Assembly: GCA_039588275.1 (NCBI GenBank)
Contig: JBDHAC010000001.1
Span: forward strand, 13,203-77,202
Direction of reading: 5' to 3'
Length of the DNA: 64,000 nucleotides
DNA from: Gemmatimonadota bacterium
GTDB lineage: Bacteria > Gemmatimonadota > Gemmatimonadetes > Palauibacterales > Palauibacteraceae
The position numbers and the translations under genes were made by a program. The notes beneath the pieces were generated by a model that was not told where the DNA came from, ran no database searches, and worked only from the letters and a program-made list of their open reading frames with translations. This document shows, in pieces, positions 8,013-15,616 of the stretch. Each line of letters begins with the position of its first letter. Position 1 is the stretch's first letter.

Positions 8013-8513
8013 GTGAGCCTGGAAGACTCGATCGCCAAGCTGAGGGACGTCGGATCGGACGCCAGGGGGCTGTTCGATGTCCTCAAGGACCTCGCTGACC
8101 AGGGTCGGAAGGCCCGTCAGACCGAGAAGGACAAGATCACCCGCCTCGTGAAGAAGCTGGACACGACGACCCGCACCGCCGCACGCGAGCGTCGCGCGGC
8201 CGAGATCGAGAAGCTCACGGAGCTCATCGATGCGGGGGAAACCGTCCTCTCGATCACCGGTCTGTCGTCGTCCACGCGGAACGCGGTGAAGGCGGATTTG
8301 ACTCGCCGGCGTGCCCGCCGCACGCGGCTCCGAAACCTGGACGCGACGGACTTCGGCGGGATCCTGAAAGCGGACGAAGTCAGACAGCTGGAGGACCTCG
8401 TGAAAGCGGCGAGGAAAGAGGTCGAGCAGAAGAAGCTGGCCGCCGCCTTCCTCGGGTCGGTGTTCAAGATCGGCGACCTGGCGCTCACGATGGCGGGCAA
8501 GCTCGCGATCTGA
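8013..8513 (+). CDS. Small helical protein with a hydrophobic/amphipathic C-terminal helix, unknown function
   Basis: ORF of 166 aa. GTG 8013 lies 5 nt after the upstream stop, with GGGAGGGAG ~8 nt upstream. GC3 is high in this frame. The body is K/R/E-rich and the C-terminus is ..KKLAAAFLGSVFKIGDLALTMAGKLAI. Confidence 0.6.
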   Translation: MSLEDSIAKLRDVGSDARGLFDVLKDLADQGRKARQTEKDKITRLVKKLDTTTRTAARERRAAEIEKLTELIDAGETVLSITGLSSSTRNAVKADLTRRRARRTRLRNLDATDFGGILKADEVRQLEDLVKAARKEVEQKKLAAAFLGSVFKIGDLALTMAGKLAI

Positions 8514-8567
8514 CCGCCTGCCTCGTTCCCGCTCGTCGCTCGGCTTCACGGGAAGCCCCAGCCGGGT

Positions 8568-8918
8568 CTACTCCTCGGGGTCGGGCTTCTTTCGCGTCCG
8601 CTTGAGCTCCGAGCGGCGCCGCTTCTCCTCCCGCCGCCGCCGCCTCTCACCCGGCGGGACCCCGGTGGGAATCCGCGGGACTTCGGGGCGAACGAGCTCG
8701 TCGAGCGCGGCCCGCAGTCGAACGAGTGCAGCCCTCCGGTTCCGGTGCTGGCTGCGTGACTCGCGGGCGGTGACCGAGATGCCGGTGGGCAGGTGCGTCA
8801 GCCGCACGCCCGAATCCGTGGTGTTCTGGTGCTGGCCACCCGGACCACCGGACCGGAAGGTCTCCACCCGGCACTCGGCCAGGAGCGCTTCATCCCCGGC
8901 GGGAGGCTCATAGCTCAC
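8568..8918 (-). CDS. arfB: Peptidyl-tRNA hydrolase ArfB (alternative ribosome-rescue factor, RF-1 domain)
   Basis: ORF of 116 aa with a GGQ motif ([22 protein letters not shown]), [12 protein letters not shown] and a strongly basic C-terminal tail. This is the typical ArfB/YaeJ layout. Confidence 0.85.
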   Translation of the reverse strand: MSYEPPAGDEALLAECRVETFRSGGPGGQHQNTTDSGVRLTHLPTGISVTARESRSQHRNRRAALVRLRAALDELVRPEVPRIPTGVPPGERRRRREEKRRRSELKRTRKKPDPEE

Positions 8919-8950
8919 GATCAGGCACCGTCGTCGGACTCACGCACGAA

Positions 8951-9460
8951 CTACTTCGGTTTCTTGAGCGCGGCGCCGCCCCAATATCCCCACACGCCGT
9001 AAGAGACCTCATCGGGCGGCCGGACGCCGGACTGCTTGAGCGCCTGAGCGATCTGCCCCCGGTGATGGGCCTCGTGGGTCATCAGGTAAGCGAGCCAGGT
9101 AGCGGGCGACCGCTTCCACCCCTTGAGCGGCTCATCCTCTTCCACAGCCGCCCGCACGACCGCCGCCACCTTCTCGCCCGAGGCCGCCAGGGCAGCCTTC
9201 AGCCGGGCGCGATCCGGCACCTCGGAACCCGTGAAGCGGGGGAGATCAGCGGCCTCTTTCCGGTGCCGCTCGAGTCTGGAACAACGGACCTCGTGCATAT
9301 GCGCGAAGATGCGAGCGACGTTTCGCCCCTTGGAGGGCACCCCGGTCTTCAGGAGGGTCACGGCCTCGAGTCCGACTTCCGGCAACCAGTCGAGGATGAA
9401 CAGGTTGATCTCGTTGTGGATGCCCCAGGCCTCCAGGAGGTCATCCAGCACGGAGGTCAT
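8951..9460 (-). CDS. DinB-family (DinB_2-like) metal-dependent protein
   Basis: ORF of 169 aa. It has a four-helix DinB-type pattern with conserved His positions (FAHMHEV ... THEAHHRGQI). Confidence 0.7.
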   Translation of the reverse strand: MTSVLDDLLEAWGIHNEINLFILDWLPEVGLEAVTLLKTGVPSKGRNVARIFAHMHEVRCSRLERHRKEAADLPRFTGSEVPDRARLKAALAASGEKVAAVVRAAVEEDEPLKGWKRSPATWLAYLMTHEAHHRGQIAQALKQSGVRPPDEVSYGVWGYWGGAALKKPK

Positions 9461-9494
9461 GCTCGAGAGCTAATCCCGTCGACGGGAAGGAGGG

Positions 9495-11039
9495 TCAGGC
9501 TTCCTGTCGGGTCGGCTCGCCCGCCGCCTCGGCGGTGACTCGGGCGCCGCTCAACATGAGAGAGCCGGACGCCCGGATCGGCGAGGCGGCCTCGTCCAGC
9601 GCGCGCACGGCCGGGGCTGGCGCGACCCTGGGGCGCGGTCGCCGGGACCCCATGAGGATCTTGATCGTGATCGGAATCAGCACGGCCGTGGCCAGAAAGC
9701 CGGGTATGACAATGAAGTAGAGCATGAAGCCCGAGAACCCGACCAGCATGGTGCCGAACGAGAACGTATCACGCGTCCCGACCAGGTAGTGCACCGCGCG
9801 CAGGAAGCGCGTGAGGGGCCGCGGTCTCTTCGCCTCTTGATACCCGTACCGGATGGTGCGCGCGCTCCCCGAATTACCCTGCTTCGACAGGTACAACGTG
9901 ATGTTGAGCAGCCCCAGCGTGCTCGCGACCGTCGCGGCGACGCCGTTCCAGAAGAAGAAATCAGGCATCCCGGCGCGGTACACCGCTATCGTCGCACCCG
10001 CCAGGAACGCTACGTACGAGATGCTGTCGCAGACGGTGTCGATGTACTCTCCGCGCTTGCTGCTCATGAACTTGAGCCGGGCGACCTCGCCGTCTACGCC
10101 GTCCAGGATCGAGGCGAAGTGGAACAGGACGCCGCTCAACGCGAGCATGGGGTACGTCGCCCCCGTGATCGCGACCGCCGCGAGCAGGCCGACGATCAGG
10201 GTCGCGAGGCTCACCTGATTGGGCGTCATCGACGTCTTGACGACTTGGGCGGAGATCCTCGCCGAGATCGGCCGGTTCAGGCGGCTCGCGATGGGTCCGT
10301 CCTTCTCCGTCCGCAGCCCCGCGAGCAGCTTGCTCTGGGCCACCCGGGCATCCTCGGGCTCGTCGATGTCGTGCCAGAACAGGTCGCCCCCGTCTATCGC
10401 CCTCGCCCGCCCGACGGCCGCTAGTTTCTGCACGCCGTCCGACAGCGTCTCGCCGCCTTCGGCGCATGCCTCGCGAAGCGCCCCGAAGATCTCCGGAGAG
10501 GCCAGGAAGAGCCCCGTGTCGAGCCCATCGAACGGATCGAGCGACTTCCCGATCTCGACGATCCGGTCGCCGTTCAGCCGAACCTTGGTCGCCTCGGCCA
10601 GATCATGCTCCCCGTTGACGTACCGGTCGACGAGTAAATCGACGCCCTGCAGCGACCGCGCGTCGCGAGTGAGCACATCGATCGACTCGGATTCGAACAG
10701 GTGGTCGCCCATGGCGAGGATGAACGGACGATCGAGCAACGGCTCCGCCGTCAGCACGGACAGGCCGTTGGGCCGCTCCCAATCGGCGTTGTAGAGCCAG
10801 TGAACGGTGATGTTCAGCCTGTCGACGGCGTCGATCGCCGCTCGCACTTCGTCCGCCTCGTGCCCCAGGACGACGTAGGCATCGGTGATGCCGGCCGCCT
10901 CGAGCGTAAACAGGGCGCGCGCCAGCAACGGCACGCCCAGGAGCGGATACAGCGGTTTGGGCTGATCGTGGTTCAGTCGGCGGCCGCGGCCGGCCGCGAG
11001 AACGAGCGCTTGCGAGATCCCGCGCGTCTGATCGCTCAT
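9495..11039 (-). CDS. Bifunctional sugar/alcohol-phosphate nucleotidyltransferase + CDP-alcohol phosphatidyltransferase (IPCT/DIPPS-like architecture)
   Basis: ORF of 514 aa. The N-terminus has LVLAAGRGRRL...PKPL (NTP-transferase G-x-G-x-R-L loop). The C-terminal half is multi-TM with DGVDGEVARLKFMSSKRGEYIDTVCD, matching the CDP-OH-P signature D-G-x2-A-R-x8-G-x3-D-x3-D. The start overlaps the RND stop (ATGA). Confidence 0.8.
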   Translation of the reverse strand: MSDQTRGISQALVLAAGRGRRLNHDQPKPLYPLLGVPLLARALFTLEAAGITDAYVVLGHEADEVRAAIDAVDRLNITVHWLYNADWERPNGLSVLTAEPLLDRPFILAMGDHLFESESIDVLTRDARSLQGVDLLVDRYVNGEHDLAEATKVRLNGDRIVEIGKSLDPFDGLDTGLFLASPEIFGALREACAEGGETLSDGVQKLAAVGRARAIDGGDLFWHDIDEPEDARVAQSKLLAGLRTEKDGPIASRLNRPISARISAQVVKTSMTPNQVSLATLIVGLLAAVAITGATYPMLALSGVLFHFASILDGVDGEVARLKFMSSKRGEYIDTVCDSISYVAFLAGATIAVYRAGMPDFFFWNGVAATVASTLGLLNITLYLSKQGNSGSARTIRYGYQEAKRPRPLTRFLRAVHYLVGTRDTFSFGTMLVGFSGFMLYFIVIPGFLATAVLIPITIKILMGSRRPRPRVAPAPAVRALDEAASPIRASGSLMLSGARVTAEAAGEPTRQEA

Positions 11040-13552
11040 ACGATATCGCGCGAAGGAGTGGGAGGGCGCTCGACGTCGCCCGCCGCCGTGACCTCGGGTC
11101 CCGCCGCCGTGGCTTCGGGTTCCGTCGGGGTCGCGGGCGAGGCGGCGACCGCCGCAGCGGTAGCGCGATCCTCGAGGACCTGCAACGCCGCGGGGAAGAG
11201 CACCACGGCGCTGATCAGCGTGGTCGCGAGCCCCACGATCGCGAGCTTGCCGATCGAGACCAGACCGGGGTGGCTGGCGGTAAGCAGGCCGGAATAGCCC
11301 ACCATCGTCGTGAGCGTAGCCATAGTCACCGCCAACCCGGTCCTCCTCAGAACCAGGGGCAGCGATCTCGGGCCCTCGCCCAGATATCGGTGATACACGT
11401 GCACCCCGCTATCGACTCCAATGCCCACGATACTGGGCAAAACCACGAGGTTGAAAATGTTGAGCTGCAATCCGAACACCGCCATCGCCCCACCCATCCC
11501 GAGGAGCCCGATGACGAGGGGCGAGACCACCAGCGCCCCCCGTCTCAGGCTCCGAAACTGAAGCGTCACAATCAAAAGCACAACGAGGAGCGACAATCCC
11601 ACCGCCAATCGTCCCTCGCGAGTGATCATGGTCAGCATCTCGGCCATGATGATGTTCGAGCTCGCCGCATGCAGAGTCTTGCCCGAACCGATGGTGACCT
11701 CACCGATATCGCTGCTGAAGGCGATCGAGTTCCGGCCGTCCCGGAGCGGCACGCTCGGGTAGATGAGGACGAAGTCACCGATCTCGCCGTTCTTCTTCAG
11801 GAGCCGGCGCCGGTCGCTGGGCGGCACGTCCTCGATCGTGAACGGCTCCTCGACGCTCAGGTAGCTCCGCAGCTCGTTCAGCCTTCGCTCGTCCTCCCCG
11901 GACACGTTGTCCGCTTCGGCGTCGACGAGAACGCGCAGGTCCCGGATCTTCTCCAATCGCCGGGGCTGGTCATCGGGGACCGCAGCGAGGACGGAGCCGA
12001 TCCGCTCGAACGTGGGGGAGAGCGTGTCTCGATCCCGGAGGACACGAACGGAATCCATGACCTCGCGCATCTCCGCGCGAGAGTCGGTCAGGATGATCGC
12101 CGGCGACTCGGATCGATCGAAGACTCCCTCGATCCTCTCGGCGACAGCCTCCCGCTCGGGGGTGACCGAGCGGAGATTCGTGAAATCGTACTGGAACGTC
12201 ACCCGTGTGATCCCGTACGCGGCGAGCAGGATCAACAGCGCTCCGACCGCCAGGGTGCCCGGGGCGAACGCCAGCCTGGACCGCACGTGAGCTCTCTCCG
12301 CCCGCTCCGGGCGAGGCGGGATTCGCAGCAGCCCGAGATTGTCGAGGAACAGCGTCAACGCGGGCAGCACCACGACCATGCCGATGAACGCGAACAGCAT
12401 CCCCGTGCCCGCAATGAATCCGAGCTCGGAAAAGCCGCGAAAGTCCATGAGCATGAGGGAATAGAACGCCGCGGCGGTCGTGAGCGCGGTCGTCCCCAAC
12501 GCCGCGCCGGTCTTGCACACCATGTCGTGCAGCGCCTCGACGCTCGGGCGCCCTTCCTGCCTGGCCTCCCGGAAGCGGGCGAACGAGTGGATCCCGTAGT
12601 CGATCCCGAGCCCGAACAGGATGACGAACAGGAAGCCGGTGATCGTGTTGAGCTGTCCGATCACCAGGAAGGTGAGACCGAAAGTCCACATCAGCGACCC
12701 GGCCAGTGAGATCGCGATCATGAACGCGGCCGGGATGCTGCGGAAGTAGATGGCGATGACCAGGAAGACGGCCGTGACGCCGTAGACCGCCGTGCCGAGG
12801 ATGTCCCGCCTGACCCCCTCGTACTCGTCGATGCTGTTCTGGATATTGCCGCCGTACAGGATCTCGAGGGTCGCGTCGTATCGCTCGGGCCCCGCCTCGT
12901 CGATGATGCGCCCGACTTCCTCCCGCATGGCTCGATTGTACGCGAGGTTGGTGCGGCCGGCGGCGGGGTATACCAGCATCACGAGGACGGTGCTGTCCTC
13001 GTTCATGTAATACTCGCGCGGCAGGTTCTCGCGGTATCGCTCCTCCCATTCTTCCAGCTCGGAGGTCCCCGTCTCCTCCTCTTCCTCGGCATCCCCGAAC
13101 AGGTCGTCCACGACGAACGGGTTGATCTCCTGCCGCTCCGCCTCGATCGCGTCCTCGATCGCGGTATGGAGGGAGTCCAGCTGCAGGGTGTCCAGGTACA
13201 GGAGGGCGTTCTTCTCGTAGAACGCGACGTCACGCTCCAGATCGACGTCCAGCACGTAGGAGCTGGCGAGCAGCTCGGGCTCCACGGCTTTCGCGAAGCG
13301 GACGGCGGAGGGGAAATCGCGCGTGTCGAGCACGATTCGCATGTTGCCGGTGCCCCCTACCTCTTCCCTGACGCGGTCGAGCGCCCGGACGCTCTCGTAG
13401 TGGTCGGGCAAAAGCTCGGCCAGGTCGCTCTGGAGCCCCAGCTTCGAGGTGAGGTACCCGCCGACGATCGTGGCCAGGGCGGCGACGATCAGTATGGGCT
13501 TGTGATGCCGGTGGATCAGCTCACAGCCGTCCCGGAAGCGTAGGATGCGCAT
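11036..13552 (-). CDS. MMPL/RND-superfamily transporter (HpnN-like lipid exporter type)
   Basis: ORF of 838 aa. It has two blocks of ~6 TM helices, each preceded by a large soluble loop, which is a typical MMPL topology. Confidence 0.8.
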   Translation of the reverse strand: MRILRFRDGCELIHRHHKPILIVAALATIVGGYLTSKLGLQSDLAELLPDHYESVRALDRVREEVGGTGNMRIVLDTRDFPSAVRFAKAVEPELLASSYVLDVDLERDVAFYEKNALLYLDTLQLDSLHTAIEDAIEAERQEINPFVVDDLFGDAEEEEETGTSELEEWEERYRENLPREYYMNEDSTVLVMLVYPAAGRTNLAYNRAMREEVGRIIDEAGPERYDATLEILYGGNIQNSIDEYEGVRRDILGTAVYGVTAVFLVIAIYFRSIPAAFMIAISLAGSLMWTFGLTFLVIGQLNTITGFLFVILFGLGIDYGIHSFARFREARQEGRPSVEALHDMVCKTGAALGTTALTTAAAFYSLMLMDFRGFSELGFIAGTGMLFAFIGMVVVLPALTLFLDNLGLLRIPPRPERAERAHVRSRLAFAPGTLAVGALLILLAAYGITRVTFQYDFTNLRSVTPEREAVAERIEGVFDRSESPAIILTDSRAEMREVMDSVRVLRDRDTLSPTFERIGSVLAAVPDDQPRRLEKIRDLRVLVDAEADNVSGEDERRLNELRSYLSVEEPFTIEDVPPSDRRRLLKKNGEIGDFVLIYPSVPLRDGRNSIAFSSDIGEVTIGSGKTLHAASSNIIMAEMLTMITREGRLAVGLSLLVVLLIVTLQFRSLRRGALVVSPLVIGLLGMGGAMAVFGLQLNIFNLVVLPSIVGIGVDSGVHVYHRYLGEGPRSLPLVLRRTGLAVTMATLTTMVGYSGLLTASHPGLVSIGKLAIVGLATTLISAVVLFPAALQVLEDRATAAAVAASPATPTEPEATAAGPEVTAAGDVERPPTPSRDIV

Positions 13553-13565
13553 GGGCCGGCGGCTG

Positions 13566-14222
13566 CTAGGAATCTTCCTTCAGCCGGTCGACCAACTTCG
13601 CGTACATGGCTTCGTACGAGCCGCGCGAGATCTCCTTGTTGAACGAGTCGCGGTACGTGCGCACAGTGCTGGAGCCATCCACGACGACGTCGTAGGCCTT
13701 CCACTCGCCCCCGACCTCGTGCATCTCATACACGACCTCGGCCGACTTGCCATCCTTGTAGGCGAGTGTCAGCACCGTGACGCCATCATCCGAAGCCTCC
13801 GGAGGACGGTACGTTACGCTGTCCGCCCGATAGACTCCCAGCTTCTTCACCGACGAGTTTCGGATCAGCTGTCGGAACACATCGACGAAATCGGTCTTCT
13901 CCTGCTCGCTACGCGCTTCCCAGTGCCGGCTCAGGGCCCGCTGGGAAAGCTCCTGGAAGTCGATCAGATCGTTGATGACGTCCTTGAGCTGCTCTTTCGT
14001 CGGAGCGTCCACGGAATCGCCGGCGGCGTCCAGAATGCGGGTAACCGCCTGGTTCCTGGACCGCACGACGTCGACCGGCGAACCCGGGGCGGACTGTGCG
14101 TGGAGCTGGGGGGCGCCGCCCCCGAACAACACGAGCCATACGCCCATCCCCATCGCTGCCCGCCGCCCGAGACCCCTCGCCCTTGTTCCTTTCGCACACA
14201 CACTACGCTTACGTCCCATCAT
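13566..14222 (-). CDS. MlaC/Ttg2D-family periplasmic lipid-binding protein
   Basis: ORF 13566..14231; the start is ATG 14222/14219 or TTG 14231. A signal peptide is followed by INDLIDFQELSQRALSRHWEARSEQEKTDFVDVFRQLI..W..YDVVVDGSS.V..YR..F, which is the MlaC/toluene-tolerance pattern. Confidence 0.7.
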   Translation of the reverse strand: MMGRKRSVCAKGTRARGLGRRAAMGMGVWLVLFGGGAPQLHAQSAPGSPVDVVRSRNQAVTRILDAAGDSVDAPTKEQLKDVINDLIDFQELSQRALSRHWEARSEQEKTDFVDVFRQLIRNSSVKKLGVYRADSVTYRPPEASDDGVTVLTLAYKDGKSAEVVYEMHEVGGEWKAYDVVVDGSSTVRTYRDSFNKEISRGSYEAMYAKLVDRLKEDS

Positions 14223-14227
14223 CGCTC

Positions 14228-15616
14228 TCAATTCGGGTACAGGTCGCGGCCGACCGCGCGGCTCAGGTCGGCCAGCGCCGTGTTGAAGTCAAAGATGCTC
14301 TGGAGGTGCTCCCTCTCCATCTCGATCTTCGCCTGGAAGGCATCCACCAGATCCTGAATCTCGCCGATGCCCAGGTCGAACGTCTGCGACTCGGCGCGGA
14401 ACCAGTTGTCGGCCGCGGTCAACGCGCGCTCGCTGTCCTCGACGTTCGCCGCAGCCCGAACGAGCCCCAGGTACGCCTCGCGCACGTCGAGCTGGATCTT
14501 TTCGGCCAGCGGGCTCAACTGCGCGCTCAACTTCGCGGCCTCGTGCTCGGCGATCCGCACCCGATCCCGGGTCTGGAACAGGTTCACGTTCCAATCGAAG
14601 CCCAGTACGACGCCGGGCCGGAAGAAATTCGTCGGGTTGTAGACGAACGGGTTCCTCGGGTCGAAGCGGCCCGGCGCGTGATTCCACTCCACGGCACCCG
14701 CGAGAAACAGCTGCGGGTAATACTCGCTGCGTGTCGCGCGCGCGAGCGACGACTGCGCCGCGATACCTGCCCTCAGCTGCGCCAGCTCCGGTCGACCCTC
14801 CCGAGCCATGTGGAGATACCCGGCGAGGCTGTCGAGGTTGACGGCAAGGCGTGTCAGCTCCGGCGTCTCGGCGCGGATCGGAACCCCGTCCTGGATCCCT
14901 GCGGCGGCGCGCAGCGCGGCCCGGGCCATCTCCAACCCGTCGACGGCTTCCCTCCGTCCCTTTTGAGCCCGAAACCGGTAGATCTCGAACTCGAACAGGT
15001 CGTTCTGGCTGACGGAGCCGTCCTCGTACCGTTCCTGCAGCTGCACATCCGCTTCCTCTATCTCCCTCAGGACCTCGTCCGCCACGTCCACCAGCTGCTC
15101 CCCCAGCACCATCGCCCAGTACGCCTTGCGAACCTGAAGCCGGACCTCGTCGCTGGTGGCTTCGACGCCGGCGGCGGAAGCCTCTACGCCCGCCTCGGCC
15201 GCACCGACGAGCCGGTCGATCCGCCCGAACGTGTACAGCGGCTGTACCAGCTCGAGGCTGGTCTGCGTGAACCACCCCAGGTTGTTGATCGCGTCGACGC
15301 TGTCCGGAGAGACCAGCACGCCGAACTCGGTGATTTCCCCGCGAGCATCCGGTATCGGTCCCCACACGTTGCTGAGCCTGAGCTCCGGCACCCAGCGGGA
15401 ATGACGCGCCCGTGTCCGCCTCGCTTCGGCCAATTGGAGATCGACCCGGGCGCTGCTGACGAAGGGGTGGTTGTCGAGGGCGAGCGCCTCCGCCCGGGAA
15501 AGGCTCAAGACGAGCGTGTCGGCCGACTGGGCTGGCTGAACCACCTGGGCCACACCGGGCCCCACGGGCCCCGCGCATGCCAGGGTGCAGACGATCGTGA
15601 GCCGGCGGGCGATCAC
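14228..15616 (-). CDS. TolC-family outer-membrane efflux protein
   Basis: ORF of 462 aa with GTG directly after the upstream stop. It has a signal peptide and a duplicated helical/beta repeat with typical OEP-family sequence (LSLSRAEALALDNHP..., ...IGEIQDLVDAFQAKI...). Confidence 0.8.
   Translation of the reverse strand: MIARRLTIVCTLACAGPVGPGVAQVVQPAQSADTLVLSLSRAEALALDNHPFVSSARVDLQLAEARRTRARHSRWVPELRLSNVWGPIPDARGEITEFGVLVSPDSVDAINNLGWFTQTSLELVQPLYTFGRIDRLVGAAEAGVEASAAGVEATSDEVRLQVRKAYWAMVLGEQLVDVADEVLREIEEADVQLQERYEDGSVSQNDLFEFEIYRFRAQKGRREAVDGLEMARAALRAAAGIQDGVPIRAETPELTRLAVNLDSLAGYLHMAREGRPELAQLRAGIAAQSSLARATRSEYYPQLFLAGAVEWNHAPGRFDPRNPFVYNPTNFFRPGVVLGFDWNVNLFQTRDRVRIAEHEAAKLSAQLSPLAEKIQLDVREAYLGLVRAAANVEDSERALTAADNWFRAESQTFDLGIGEIQDLVDAFQAKIEMEREHLQSIFDFNTALADLSRAVGRDLYPN

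Noticed and set aside
8542-8557. A small hairpin GGCTTC-acgg-GAAGCC between the convergent operon end (8513) and arfB (8568).
   Set aside because: It has only a 6-bp stem and no U-tract, which is too weak to call a terminator.
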